64,000 nt of DNA from Hemiscyllium ocellatum (GCF_020745735.1 NW_026867516.1:675144-739143), one strand, 5' to 3'; positions 24,340 to 37,640 are shown, numbered from the stretch's first letter. Made by a program: numbers and translations. Notes: a model not told the origin generated them from the sequence alone.

Positions 24340-27040
24340 GGCGGTGCAGTGCCATCAGGTAGAGGGCTACTTCAAGGGCAGCAAGGGCTTATCTGCTGCA
24401 TGTCATGGGCTTTGGGAAGGGAGGGGACTGGGAGTGATAGATGAATGATACCGCCTACCTGACATAGCAGCTCCCAGTCCAGGATAACAGCAACCAGGGG
24501 TAGGCTTTGTGGGCACAGTTAAAATAGGTGCCATTGTAAGTTCGGAGATGGAGTGTCTGGGTCCCTGTCCAGCTGGTGAGGAAGGTGGTATTCTGGGTGA
24601 TCCTGTCAGTTTAAAATGCTGCCATCTGCAGCAGATCAGCGTGTGTGGGAGTTAGGAGCAGGGAGTCAATGCACTGGCTGCAGCCAGCCTCCCATCTGGG
24701 TGGCTGTGTGTGTTTCAAACAGATGGATCCCGCAGGTGGCCCGTGTGGGCTGGTGTCAGCAATGGTCAGGGCTGGGGGCTCATGGGAGGGGTTGTAGGCC
24801 GGGTAAAACCACTCTTTCAATTTGTCCAGGTGGTAACCAGCAGACCTCCAGCAGGCTGGGCTCTTGTCTCCATATTTGGTCGTTGCAGTGCTGTTTAGAG
24901 TGTGGTAACCTCCAGGGACCTGTCTGATTCCAGCCACCATTCCGCCTTGTCAGAGATGTTGAAAGGGATTGGGGCTAAGGGAATGCCCCCATGAGAGTGG
25001 ACAGGGACCCTAGTGCAGACCCAACAGTGGGTCTGGTTGAATCTCTGGGCATACTGATGGGCCATTCTCAGGAAGGTGTTAGCCCACAAGTCACGCCGGA
25101 TTATTAAATATCTCGCGCTTTGTCCCTGTTTACCAGCAAGTCACAGTGTGATGGTCAGGCCGAGGGTGCTGATGCTGAGGCGAGCAGCTGGATCCATCCT
25201 CGGTGGGTGGAGTAGTGTCTTCTTCTCTCTCTGGTCCGTGTTCATTGGGTTGTGGAGCCCTCTTGCAGCGGGTGGCATATGTCCATTTGAGCCGTCCTTC
25301 CAGTTTCACAGCTGTTCAAGTTGTCAGCAGGATGAGGTACGGGCCTTTCCAACTCGGGAAGAGGGAGTCCTTTTCGAGTGATGTTATCATGATGTAGTCC
25401 CTGAGTTGGAACGGATGAATGGGCACTGATTGGGATGTGGGCAATGCAGCCCTGACCTGATCATGCGTAACACTAATGCTCCTGCTAAGGGCCTGGACAC
25501 ACTGCAGGGTCTCTTGTGTCAGTATCTGTGGAGAGTTTAGGAGGCCTGGTATTGGTGGGCATAGGTCACCCCATAAGCATCTCAAAACGGGTGAGCCCAG
25601 TCATGTGGTTTGCCTGCACAGGTATAGTATACAGGGCAAGTGGCAAGGCGTCTGGCCTGGTCAGTCCTGTGTCCTGGGTGATCTTGGTCAGTGTGGTTTT
25701 AAGGGTGCTATTCATCCGCTCGACCATTCCTGATGACTGAGGTTGGTAGGGGATGTGGTGTCGCCACGGTATCCCTAGTGCCTCGCTAATGCTAGTCGTG
25801 AGCCAAGCAGTGAAGTGAGTCCCCCTGTCAATCTCTATGCTACCCGGAACTCCAAATCTGGGACTGACATCCTTTAGGAGGCATTATACTACCGTGTGTG
25901 CGTTGTCCTTTTCTTGTGGGAAATGCTTCCACGCATTTGGAGAACAACTCTATGATGACCAGGATGTACTTGTAACCCTGTTTTTGGGGCATGTGTGTGA
26001 AGTTAACCTGTAAGAGGCTGAACGGTCCTTCAGGAACTGACAGATGGTCATACTTGGCAACTGGCTTCCTGCATTGTTCTGCAGGCAGATGAGGCACTGT
26101 GATAGCAGGGCTTGAGCAGCAGCAGTGAATCCTGGTGCAAACCAGGACTGAATCAGTATGCATCATACCTTCTTGCCAGTGTGGTCAATGCCGTGGGCTG
26201 CTAGGGCCAGTGTGCGCTATTGGACAAATGATGTGGCCATCAGGGTGTATTAGCAGGTTAAGGGAAGGAGATTGTGTGGCCCCAGTGTGGGCCCAACTGT
26301 CCTTTCCCTGCTGTGGAGAAGTTTCTTGAGTAGCTCGCACTGCCTCCATGGGCTCAGGGAATACTAGGGTCTTTGCTATTCTGGGATCCTGCAGGATGTA
26401 GATGGTGGGGTGCAGTGCGACTTCCGGGCTGCTGTGTCAGCTGAGGCATTCCGGAGGGTGACCGGGTCAGTGGCAGAGGTATGGGCACGGCATTTGATAA
26501 TTGCTAGGGCTGAGGGTAACAGGACTGCTTCCAGGTGGTCAGATATCAATGCAGCGTGTTGTAGTGGCCTCCCTGCTGAAATGATGAAGTCTGCCTGTTT
26601 CCAGAATGTGCCGAAATCGTGAATGACTCCGAAGGCATATCTGGAGTCAGGATCAATGTTTGCTGTGTGTCCTTTAGCAATGACACAAGCCCTAGTGAGC
26701 ACAAACAGCACCGTAGCTTGTGCAGATGTGCCCCATCTGGTAGTGCAGCTAACTCTAGGACTGAGAAAGGAGTGCAGATGGCATACCCTGCCGGTGTGCA
26801 GTGGTCTGAGGGCCTGAAGGAGGAGCCATCTGTATCGAGTATGAGGTCAGGGTTGTCTAGAGGTGTTTCAGAGCGGTCAAGGTGCGGGGTGACGACCTGC
26901 TGGACAAGGTCTAAACAATCGTGGTCATCCGTAATGGTGGTCAGAGTTAGTGGGAGTAGGGTGGCGGGGTTCGGGGCAGGGGCACATTGTAGGGACAGGT
27001 TGGCTTTAGGTAGTAAAGTGACCCCACAGCCAGTTCTCTG
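24340..27040 (-). mobile_element. Endogenous retrovirus fragment (class I, gamma/epsilon-like): RNase H, integrase, 5' env
   Basis: TDGSS, DSRYAFG, AIIKCRAHT (RNase H). PFSLLQVNFTHMP, FSKCVEAFP, IDRGTHFTA, PQSSGMVERMN, WKGPYLILLTT (integrase). NQTHCWVC and GTYFNCAHKAYPWL..WTGSCY (env SU). Many frameshifts. Confidence 0.9.
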
Positions 27041-29084
27041 TATGGCAATGGAATGTTGCTGCTGGAAATCGAGTAATATGGTTACAATGATGTTAATTGG
27101 AAAACAGTTATCAGAGGAATGTCCTAATTCTCTACACAAAGCAACATTCTGACAGTATCGATGGATCATTTCTCTTTGCAGGGAGGTGCTAATGTCTCCT
27201 CTGAAGTGGTGAGTTGCTTCCATTATCCTGTCCTGGGAGTAGTGCTCCTGCTGGTGCCTCTCTGTCTGACCTGTCCTTTGTGTGGCTTTGGTGTTGCTGG
27301 GTTGTGAAGCTGCCCTCGGGGCTTTGGGATAGCGGTGGTGCTCTGTCTTTGTTAGTGGGTGCTTAAAGTGTACAGGTATTCCATTGTCTGCGAGTCCTGC
27401 CTAGTTTCACTTGTCAGCCTGCTTGGTCCCTGCTGAGGCATTCTGGGTGTTTTGGTACAGTTTGGCCAATTGTGGGCCTATTGTGGGTTGCCAGGGTGGC
27501 AGAACTTTTCTCACATACAATTACCAGGAATATTTGGAATCCTGAGAAGGATTCAAGTGAATTCTAGAGAGATGTTGCATGCCTTGGACTATTCCCAAAA
27601 GTGAATGAACTATCAAGATTCATGTAGATATTCGTGGGAACTCTTGCAGGGATGTAAAGAAACATAGATTTACAATTTAAGGCTATACATCCCATTCTGC
27701 TAAATTAATCCAGTTAATTGGTAATTTTTAGATGTTTCAAAATGTGAAAAATTAACGAAGAGTTCTCTCAGTTAATCACTGGGTATTCAAATGTCTCTTC
27801 AGAATTAAAGATCATAACAAAACTGGGTGTCATTGTGGGATGTTGAATCTGTAGTATGTGTTTGGTAAAATTTGGATGAACAATATTTCAAAGTGAATTT
27901 TATCATGTTAAGCACTAACACTTTCTGGAGAGGACAGATTTGCCCTTGTGTGTTTTGCAACACTTATCCAAGCTTAGTTCTCTCGACTAAGCAGACAGGT
28001 TGATGCTAGAGTTGAGAGCTGTGGCAAAACGTCAGAAATAATGTAGGCAGGAACACAACAATTAGGGTTAGAAAGTTAGCCAAAACAATAAAAACAGGTA
28101 GGAAAGTTTTGTCAGCTTTTCTTAAAAAACGTTAACAAGTAAGTGTTGGTTCTGCAGAAAATGAGTCTAGGGATTCAGTAACGGAGGATAAAGAGATGGC
28201 AGATGAATTGGAAAGAGCTTGAATTTGACTTCACTCGAGAGGATAAAAGTAACACCCTGGAACTAGCTGTAAATCAGGAATTGAAAGGAGGGAGGAACTG
28301 AAAAAATTACAATTACTAGGGAAGTAGTACTGAGTAAATTGTTGGAACTACGAGCTGACAAGTCTGATTTCATCCTCGACACTGAAAGACAAACTAGCCA
28401 ATGAAATATTTAATGTATTGGTTTTAATTTTCCAAATCTCATTAGTTTCAGGGTCGTTTCTTTAGATTAGAAAAGTCCTTTCGTAAGACCGAGAATAGGA
28501 AACTGCAGACCGTTTAACTTAACATATGTCGTAGGGAAAATGTTCAAAGCTATTATTAAAGATATTATGATAGGGCACTTGTATAAGTTCAAGGTAATCA
28601 GGCAGCGTAAATGTGTTTTTGTCAATGAGAAATAATGTTGTAATAATTTTTTTGAAGAACGGCCTCTCCGCATTGCGACTGAGCTGATGAATCTCCAGTG
28701 CCGACAGGGAATGGAATCCCTTCCCTCAGTGTCGACATTTCCACAACTTCTCCGCAGTTCTGGTGACTTTTTGACTCTGACTCTGTGTTTCAAATGAACA
28801 ATTGAAAGTGTGATCACACTCCGGAAACGTGTACAGTCACTCCCTCCTGCGAATAGTGTAATGTTTCTTCAGTCTGTGTAACTGGTTAAAGCTCTGCCCA
28901 GTCAGCTCACGGGGAGACTGTCTCAACAAGGGGAAAAGACCTACAAAAGTTGAGCAGCGAGACAAAATGCAAAAGCAATAAAATGTCGAACCACAGGGGA
29001 AAAATTATTGTGACTCTACTCCTTTTCTTCTTTTTGGCATTTGGACACTTAAAATCTGTCAGCAAGACCAGCATCTTAAAAGAA

Positions 29085-29344
29085 CATACTGCGCATGTTT
29101 TCTGGTGTCAGCAAAACACCAGATATGCTCATCGCAGTCCGCCAAAATAGGCACGCGATCTTCTTTTGATTGGCCAATAGGAAGTACTGGAGGACCGGAA
29201 GGAGTCTAGTCCTCCCGCCAATCAGAGTCACCCCATTGTCTGAATGCGGAAGTTTGACCATGAGCTTCTGAAGCTGCTGCTGTTTCTCTGAAAGAAGATC
29301 GAGCTTCACCCCAGAACCCCACTTCCTTCCTCTGTCCAATATCT
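29085..29344 (+). promoter_or_regulatory. Promoter and exon 1 of the intact ZNF gene
   Basis: TGCGCATG, ATTGGCCAAT, CCGGAAG, CCAATCAGAG, GCGGAAGT. Donor ATCT|GTGAGT at 29344/29345. Acceptor TTTTACAG| at 33823. Confidence 0.7.
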
Positions 29345-31036
29345 GTGAGTACAGGTCACTGTTTTCTCGCCGCCTTTTCCATTTTTTAAAAAAATTCAGG
29401 GTTTCAATTGACTTGCAGCAACTTAAAGGAAAGGGAATGAATCGGGGTGGAAACAGACTCTGGAAACGTTGCTGCACGTCTGTGTCGCAATTGACGAAAT
29501 AGACAGGCAGGAGGCTGGAAGAACAGAACAAGCCTGGTAACATCAGGAGGTGGAGAAGTCGACGTTTCACGTGTAACCCTTCTTCAGGATTGGGGATGGG
29601 TGTAGCGGTGTCCTGGGGGCTGGGTGGTGAAGTGGGGATAGGTGAAGACAGGTGGAGGGTCCGACTTGGTGGGTCAATGGGAGGAATAAATCTGGTTGAT
29701 GACAGGGAGGAGTAGAAATGAGGGGGAGGGGCTGAGAAGGGAGTCGAGGGGGATGGGAAGTGAGATTATTTGAGACTGGAGAACTCAATGTTGAGTCCTC
29801 TGGGCTGGAGGCTGCCCAGACGGAGGATGAGGTGTTGTTACTTCAATTTGCTGTTTGGTTCATTGTGGCAATGGAGGAGGCCTAAGATAGTCTTTTCAGA
29901 AAGGGAGTGGGAAGGGGAATTAAAATGTGTGGTGACTGGGAGGTCCCGTCAACCTCTGTGAACCTGTCTGCGAAGCTTGGCAAACCGTTCCCAACTTTAT
30001 GCTCGGTCTCCCCAATGTAGAGAAGATCACAATTGGAAAATACGTGAGAAATAGAATACAACAATGTGAAGTTGTAGCCTTTACTGTGGGGGGAAAAAGC
30101 AGAAAGGAATTGTATTATTTAAATGGTGATATACTGAGACGTGGAGAAAGTGAGATCTGCAGATGCTGGAGATTAAAGTCAGTAAGTGTGGCGCTGGAAA
30201 AGCACAGCAGGCCAGACAGCATCCGAGAGGCAGGATAGTCGATGTTTTGGGCCCAAGGGAATAGGGAATGATATGTGGATGTAGAAAGGGGGCTCAGTGT
30301 CTTTCTACACCAGTCACTGCCAGTTGTCAGACAGGTGCAGCAAGCAATCAGCAAAGCAAGTGGTATATTAACAAGAGGAATTGAGTGGGGATGTCTTCCT
30401 GCAGTTAGGGGTCATTGAATATATTCAAGGCTGAGTTCATCTGATTTTTTGAGCAACAATGAAGTGGATGTTTATGGGGGAAAGCAAGAAAATGTTTTTA
30501 AGACCAGTAGAGAACAGTTACAGTCACACAGCACATGAACAGATCTTCCAGTCCAACTAGTCCGTGCTGACTGTATTCATAAACTAATCTAGTCCTACTT
30601 GCCAGTGTTTGGCCCATATCCCTCCGAACCTTTCCTATTCATGTACTTAACCAAATGTCTTTTAAAAGTAACTATACCGGCATCCACCTTCCTCTGGACA
30701 TTCATCCCACACATGAACCACGTATTTTTTTTAAAAAAGTTGCCCCTCAAATCTTTTCAAAACCTTTCTCCTCTCACTTTTCACAATTTGCTGCGTAATC
30801 CTGAAACTCCCACCTGCGGGAAATGACAGCTGCCATTCACCTCATGTATACCTCTCATGATTTTATAAACCTCTGTACGGTCACCTCTCAACTTCCTGTG
30901 CTCCAGTGAAGAAAGTCCCAGCTTATCCACCTAGATTTTGGTAGATTCATATCCAGTTATGGTCTGTTCAATGCTGGTCCAGGTTCAAAAGACCAATTGG
31001 CCAACTCCTGCTCCCAATTCTCACGCTCTGTGTCCA

Positions 31037-31443
31037 AAGTTAAAAATCATACAGCACAGGGTTATAGTCCGACAGGTTTATTTGGGAGCACTAGCTTTTA
31101 GAGCGCTGCTCCTTCATCAAATGGTTGTGGAGAATAAGATTGTAAGACACAGAATTTATAGCAAAGGTTTACAGTGTGATGTAACTGAAATTATATTAAA
31201 AAAGAGCTGGATTGTTTGTTAAGTCTCTCATCTTTGAGAACTGAAACCAACATGGTCATTCTTTCATATGTGAATAGCAAAATTTTTTTTTAAAAGTTAC
31301 ATTCCCAATTGGTGTCACATCGTCCCAGATAATGTATTGAAGGTGTGAGTTTCCCTGTGTGAGGCTGTCTGTACCACAATGGTCAGACTGATTCTAATTT
31401 TAAAAAATGGATTAACAGAATCTTACCTGGATTCATACAGTTT
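31037..31443 (-). mobile_element. Family-B Penelope-terminus insertion
   Basis: Direct repeat TGTGTCCA at 31029-31036 and 31444-31451. Absent from paralog at ~62490. Degenerate hammerhead at ~31095-31120. Confidence 0.65.
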
Positions 31444-32867
31444 TGTGTCCAGGACAGCAAGAGACCATCAGATATAGGAGCAGAAATTAGGCCTTTTGGC
31501 CCATTGGGTCTGCTCATACCATTCGATTGTGGCTATTAAGTTTCTTATCTGCGTTCTCCTGCTTTTTCCCCATAACCCTTGATCCCCTTGATACTCAAGG
31601 ACCTATCCATCTCAGTCTTAAATATCCTCAGTGGCCTGGCCTCCACAGCCTTCTGTGGCAGTTAATTCCATAGATTCATTACTCTCTGGTTGAAGACATT
31701 TCTCCTTATGTTCAATGTAAAGGGTCATCCCTTTACTCTAAGACTGTGCCTTGAGCCTTAGTCTCTCCTCCCAATGGAAAGATCTTCCCAACGTCCACTC
31801 TGTCCAGGCCGTTCAGTATTCCGTATGTTTCAATTAGATCTCCCCTGAGTATAGGCCTGTTAATCAGCATCACCTAGACCCTTCAGGATGAGATACAACA
31901 GGGATTAGGCTCAACAAAGTGAGAAGGGAAGGAGAGTGTGTGGGATGGAGACTTTTAGCTTTGAGGGAATAAGAGAGGAAGCAGAATTGACAATAAATTA
32001 GAATTGATTGGATGGACCAGTGGGCTGAGGAGTGGCAGATGGAGTTTAATTTAGAGAAATGTGAGGTTTTGCATTTTGGTCAAGCAATCCAGACAGGACT
32101 GGTACAGTGAAGGGGAGTGTTGCCAGAACAAAGAGACCTCGGAGTGCAGGTTCATAGCTCCTTGAAAGTGGAGTCGCAGGTAGACAGGATAGTGAAGAAG
32201 GTGTTTGGTATGCTTTCCTTTATTGGTCAGAGCATTGAGTATAGGCATTGGGAAGTCATGTTGTGGCTGTACGTTGGTTAGGCCTCTTTTGGAATAGTAC
32301 GTCCAGTTCTGGTCTCCCTGCTTGAGGAAAGAACTTTCAAACTTTGAGAGGGGTCGGAAAAGATTTACAAGGCTGTTGTGAGGCTTGGAGGGTTTGAACT
32401 ACAGGGAAAGGCTGATTAGGTCAGGGATATTTTTCCCGGAGCATCAGAGGCTGAGGGCAGCCTTATAGAGGTTTATAACAGGCATGGATAGGATGCATAT
32501 CCAAGGTCTTTTCCCCAGGGTCAGGGAGGCCAAAACTAGAGGGCATATGTTTGAGGTGAGAGGGGAATGATTTGAATGGGACCTGAGGAGCAATTGTTTT
32601 CACGCAGAGGGTGGTGCATGTATGGAATGAACTGCCAGAGGAAGTGGTGAGGCTGATATAATTATATTTAAAATGCACCTAGTTGGATACATGAACAGGA
32701 ACCATAAGAGCCACATGCTGGCAAATGGGACTAGATTAATTTTGGATATCTGTTTGGCACAGACGAGTTTGACCAAAGGGTCTGTTTCCGTTCTGTGTGA
32801 CTCTAATTGTCTTGGTGAAAGCAGAAGTGTGATTGTGAAGACTGAACTTTCAAAGCAGCTTTCGTGA

Positions 32868-33175
32868 TTAGATTAGATTACTTACAGTGTGGAAACAGGC
32901 CCTTTGGCCCAACAAGTCCGCATCGACCCGCCGAAGTGCACGCAACCAGACCCGTTCCCCTGCACCTAGCACTATGGGCAATTTAGCATTTTGAATTCAC
33001 CTAACCTGCACATTTTTGGACTGTGGGAGGAAACCGGAGCACCTGGAGGAAACCCACGCAGACATGGGGAGAATATGCAAACTCCACACAGTCAGTCACC
33101 TGAGGCGGGAATTGAATCTGGGTCTCTGGCGCTGTGAGGCAGCAGTGCTGCCCACTGTGCCACCATGCCACCCAT
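32868..33175 (-). mobile_element. HE1-type tRNA-derived SINE
   Basis: Head GGGTGGCATGGTGGCACAGTGG, V-domain-like GGGTTTCCTCCAGGTGCTCCGGTTTCCTCCCAC, (AATCT)n tail. Confidence 0.85.
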
Positions 33176-34227
33176 AGATGTTTCATAGATGTTTTGCTCT
33201 TCCTAGGAGCAGAAGAAATCTTGCATTTGTGAGAGAGCAACTGAGTGAGTGTGGACATTTGGGATTTTGGTGGAAAGTGGGAATTCATTGCACTGTGGGG
33301 ATCAAGCCCTCCCTATCCAGTCATTTCAGCTGGTGGATGAGACTCAGCAGTTCATGCAGGCAGTCAATCCAGGTAATATTTTTAAAATTCCTGCTTTGGA
33401 AATAGAACCAGTCTGACTCCAGATTGGGATACTGACAAACTCTAGCCTCATCCCTTTAATGCATTGTCTGAGCTGAGATGTCACCTTTTGTTATAAAGCC
33501 TTATGTTAGCTTGAGAGGGTGCCTTACAGGAAGTTCTGGGATTTACATATTAATGATACCTGTAATCCATTGTAAAAGATGAAAGACTTAACAATCCAGG
33601 TTTGTTCAATATATCATTTCAGTGGCAGGACACAAACATCTTTCCATAAATTCTGTTCCTTATGGTCTTATTCGCCACAACCACCTGATGAAGGAGCAGT
33701 GGGATGATGCTTTCAATTTTGTGAACTAACAAAAGAAAAGGGTGTTCCACAGAAAGTAGAATAGCTTGTTCTGAATTTCTACCCTGCACTGACAGTGATG
33801 ACTTTTGTAATCTCTTTTTACAGAGTATTTGAAGATCTGAAGATGCAAGTCTCAATGAACAGATGAAGGCCTGATGCCTGAAACGTTGACTCTCCTGCTT
33901 CTCATGCTGCCTGACCCACTGTGCTTTTACAGCGCAACACTTTTTGACACTGACTCTCCCGCGTCTGCAGTCCTTATTTTCACGTCAATATCTGACAGTC
34001 ACTCAATTGATCAGGACAGCCACGATTTTTCACTATAATTCTGTGAGAAGGAGCAAACCTTTTTGGTTCCTGTTTGAGTAAGTTTTCATTATCAGTGGGC
34101 CTGGATGAGAGACCCAACTGTTGCTGCCCACTGAATGTGGAGCCTGAAACTGTTATACGGCCTGGAAAGAGGAATTCCCAGCAGTGAGGGGAAGTACATG
34201 CGTTTGATTGTAGCTGAAGCTTCGGAC

Positions 34228-35085
34228 ATGGAGAAACCGTGGAAGTGTGATAACTGTGGGAAAGGCTTCCGTACTCCGTCTGACCTGGAGATTCATCAGC
34301 GCGTCCACACAGGGGAGAGGCCGTTCTCCTGTCCTAAGTGCGGGAAGGGCTTTACCCAGGTCTCTGCCCTGCTTAGGCACCAGCGGATCCACACGGGGGA
34401 GAGGCCTTTCAGTTGCCCCGAGTGTGGGAAGGCCTTCAGCAATTCCTCCACCTTGCAGACCCACCGACGAGTCCATACGGGAGAAGGGCCCTTCAGCTGT
34501 CCCGAGTGTGGGAAGGCCTTCAGCTATTCCTACCACCTGCTGAGGCACCAGCGGGTCCACACTGGGGAGAGGCCTTTCAGCTGCCCCGAGTGCGGGAAGG
34601 CCTTCAGCAATTCCTCCACCTTGCTGACCCACCGGCGAATCCATACGGGAGAGAGGCCCTTCAGTTGTCCTGAGTGCGGGAAGGCCTTCAGCAATTCCTC
34701 CACCTTGCTGACCCACCGGCGAGTCCATACAGGAGAAGGGCCCTTCAACTGTCCCGAGTGTGGGAAGGCCTTCAGCTATTCCTCCCACCTGCTGAGGCAC
34801 CAGCGGATCCACACGGGGGAGAGGCCTTTCAGTTGCCCCAAGTGTGGGAAGGCCTTCAGCAATTCCTTCACCTTGCTGACCCACCGGCGAGTCCATACGG
34901 GAGAGAGGCCCTTCAGTTGTCCTGAGTGCGGGATGGCCTTCAGCTATTCCTCCGCCCTGCTGAGGCACCAGCGGGTCCACACAGGGGTGAAGCCCTTCAG
35001 CTGTCCCAAGTGTGGGAAGGCCTTCACCCGCTCCTCCAACCTCCGGAACCACCAGCGACTTCATGTGCCATTGCAGGGAGACTGA
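34228..35085 (+). CDS. C2H2 zinc-finger protein, 10 intact fingers, no effector domain
   Basis: Uninterrupted ORF with CxxC-x12-HxxxH repeats and TGERPF linkers. Start MEKPWKC is conserved among paralogs; in-frame ATGs also at 34135 and 34198. AATAAA at 35531. Confidence 0.92.
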   Translation: MEKPWKCDNCGKGFRTPSDLEIHQRVHTGERPFSCPKCGKGFTQVSALLRHQRIHTGERPFSCPECGKAFSNSSTLQTHRRVHTGEGPFSCPECGKAFSYSYHLLRHQRVHTGERPFSCPECGKAFSNSSTLLTHRRIHTGERPFSCPECGKAFSNSSTLLTHRRVHTGEGPFNCPECGKAFSYSSHLLRHQRIHTGERPFSCPKCGKAFSNSFTLLTHRRVHTGERPFSCPECGMAFSYSSALLRHQRVHTGVKPFSCPKCGKAFTRSSNLRNHQRLHVPLQGD

Positions 35086-36369
35086 CAGCGAGTGCCATTA
35101 TCGACTGGACTATCAACCCAGTTCTGGGATCTGTTGGGTTTGAATCTCACTGCGGCAGATGGTGGAATTGGAATTCGGTCAGAATCTAATGATGAAACCA
35201 TTTTCTGGTGTTGGGTGGGGGAGAAAACCCTAATCTGATTCACTCACGCCCTTTTTAGGGAAGGAAACTGCCGTCGTGGGAAAGGGTTCACTCCACACCG
35301 CCCCCGTTCCCGGCCCCACGGGTTAAGGTTGTACCAAGGATCCAATTACCAGGAATAAAGAGTGCTGACCAAGAGTAAAGAAAGTGGGGTGGGATGGGGT
35401 GGAGGGAGGGGGAGTGTGTGCGCTTTGACCTTGAGTTGTTTAAAAAGCAGCTGCTTTCTCTCCCCCTTTTTGCTGGGGGAGGGGGGGGGGGGGGGGGGGG
35501 AGATCTGAAGCTGTAACAAAATTGGGTCACAATAAAGATTACCTGAACTTACTGTCAGGCTCAGACTCTCATTGAAAGCTTTGAGCTCCAGATGGTCTCT
35601 GTTTTAAAGCTGCTCATTTCTTCCAGCCTCCTGCACTAAATTTCTAATGTCGTGTAGCAGATGGAGCAGCGAATGATTTGCTCATATCGTTAGAACTTGT
35701 AAATTTTTAAGGAGTACCGGTACTGCATAGTTTCATCAACATTGTAAAGGTTACTGGCAACACTGGGCGGTTTGCGCTGTGTTCACTAGTAACTCTTATC
35801 TTTAAAATTTGAGAATAGCTAAAATTATATATTCCGAAACATCATTGAAGTCTCAACGCATTTCAATTTTTAAAAAGAGCTGCTGAAATCTTTCTGAAAC
35901 TTGCACTGGAATATGTGCAGTTAGGCCACAGCTCAGGACAGGCTGGAAGGGGCGAATGACCTATTCCTCATTTTGTGAAATTGGTTTCGACTAAGTAGAC
36001 GTAGAGTCCTAGAGTTGTAGAGCCGGAAACAAACCCCTCAGTCCATATCTTAAATGAATCTAGTGACCCATTTGCCTGCATTTGGCCTATGTTCATCTGT
36101 ACCCTTCCTATTCATATCCCCTTCCAGATGCCTTTTAAATGTTGTAATTGTACCAGTCTCCACCACTTCTGCTGGCAGTACATTCCATACACGCACCACC
36201 CCCTGCGTGAAAATATTGCCCCTCAGGTCCCTTTCCCCACTCACCTTCAACCTATGCCCCTTCAGTGCTGGACTCCCCTACCTGGGGAAAGACCTTGGAC
36301 GTTCACCCTATCCATGCCCCTTACAAATGTCTATAATTTTGAGGAGGAGAAAATGAGGACTGCATATAC

Positions 36370-36940
36370 TAGACATCATTTTCCACCCCCCCCCCGACTT
36401 TATCCAAGTCCCATGCCTTCAACTCAGCACCACCCTCCTGACCTGTCCATCAACTTTTCAATCTATCAGCTCCACCCACTTCTCCAACCTATCCATCGCC
36501 AAACCGTTACTACCCGATGCCTGGAGGAGGAACGCCTCATATTCTGCCTTGCGACCCTGCAACCACACAGGATAAATTGTGGATTTCAACAGTTTCCTTA
36601 CCTCCCCCACTTTATCCCAGTCCCAAGCCTCCAACTCTGCACTGCCCTTCTGACATGTCCATCATTTTTCCTATCTATCTGCACCATAACCCCCTCCGAA
36701 CTATCATCTTGCCCCCCTCCTCCCCTCCCCCACCACCATCTCACACATACACACACCTTCATGTACCTATGGCATTCTCAGCTACCTTCTCCCCCAACCC
36801 CACCCACTTCCCATTTATCTCTCAGCACCCCCGCCCACAAACTTCGTTCCTGATGAAGGGCTGATGCCAAAACGTCAATTCGTCTGCTCCATGGCTGCTG
36901 CCTGACCTGATATGGTTTTCCAGCACCCCACACTCTCGGC
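36370..36940 (+). mobile_element. Penelope-like 3' fragment with terminal hammerhead motif
   Basis: TTRCLEEERLIFCLATLQP. CCTGATGAAGGGCTGATGCCAAAACGTC at ~36850. Confidence 0.7.
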
Positions 36941-37149
36941 ATAATTTTAAGGTAATTGGAGGAAGGTTTCGGGGAGATGTCAGAATAGGTTCTTACTCAG
37001 ATAGTGGTGGCTATGTGAAATGCTCTGTCAACAGTGGTAGTAGAGTCAGATATATTAGGGACATTTAATCGACTCTTGGATAGGTACATGAAAGTTAGTA
37101 CAATAAGTGGTATGTAGGTCAGTCTGATTTTAGACTAGGATAAAGGGCC

Positions 37150-37640
37150 GGTACTGTGCTATGTATCTAAGTGGAGTCAAAAGTTTTGTTTTATCAGCAG
37201 TACAGTCAGATCTGAGCAAACGAGGACATGCAGGTCATACTGCGCTTAGACAGAGTGAGGCGTACAGGGTTACAGCTGCACAGGAGGTGCACAGAAGCAA
37301 GGTCAACATTAGATTTCAAATTGGAGAGCTCCATTCAGCAGGCTAATAATGGCAGGGAAGAAACTATTCTTGAACCTGTTGGTGCGTGTGTTCAAGCTTC
37401 TGTATCTTCTGCCCGACAGAAGATGGTGTGAGAGATCATTCCCAGGATGGGAGGGGTCTTTGAGGTTGGCAGCCTTTCCACGACAACGAGAAGTGTAGAT
37501 GGATTCCATGGATGGTAGGTTGGCTTCCGTGATGGACCGTGCTGTGCACACAACCTTCTGTAGTTTCTTCTGGTCCTGGGCAGAGCAGTTGCCGTAGCAG
37601 GGCAAGATGCACCCAGATTCAATACTTTCTGTATTGAAAG
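37150..37640 (-). mobile_element. Rex1/Babar LINE 3' fragment
   Basis: YGNCSAQDQKKLQKVV..DPSHP..LLSGRRYRSLNTRTNRFKNSFFP. Confidence 0.8.

Noticed and set aside
34153-35064. 303-aa antisense ORF (also 57315-58082, 45262-45672)
   Set aside because: Expected shadow of GC-rich C2H2 codon repeats; no independent evidence of coding.
35476-35500. Poly-G run and other microsatellites (16258-16290, 59845-59868)
   Set aside because: Ordinary slippage repeats that vary between paralogs.
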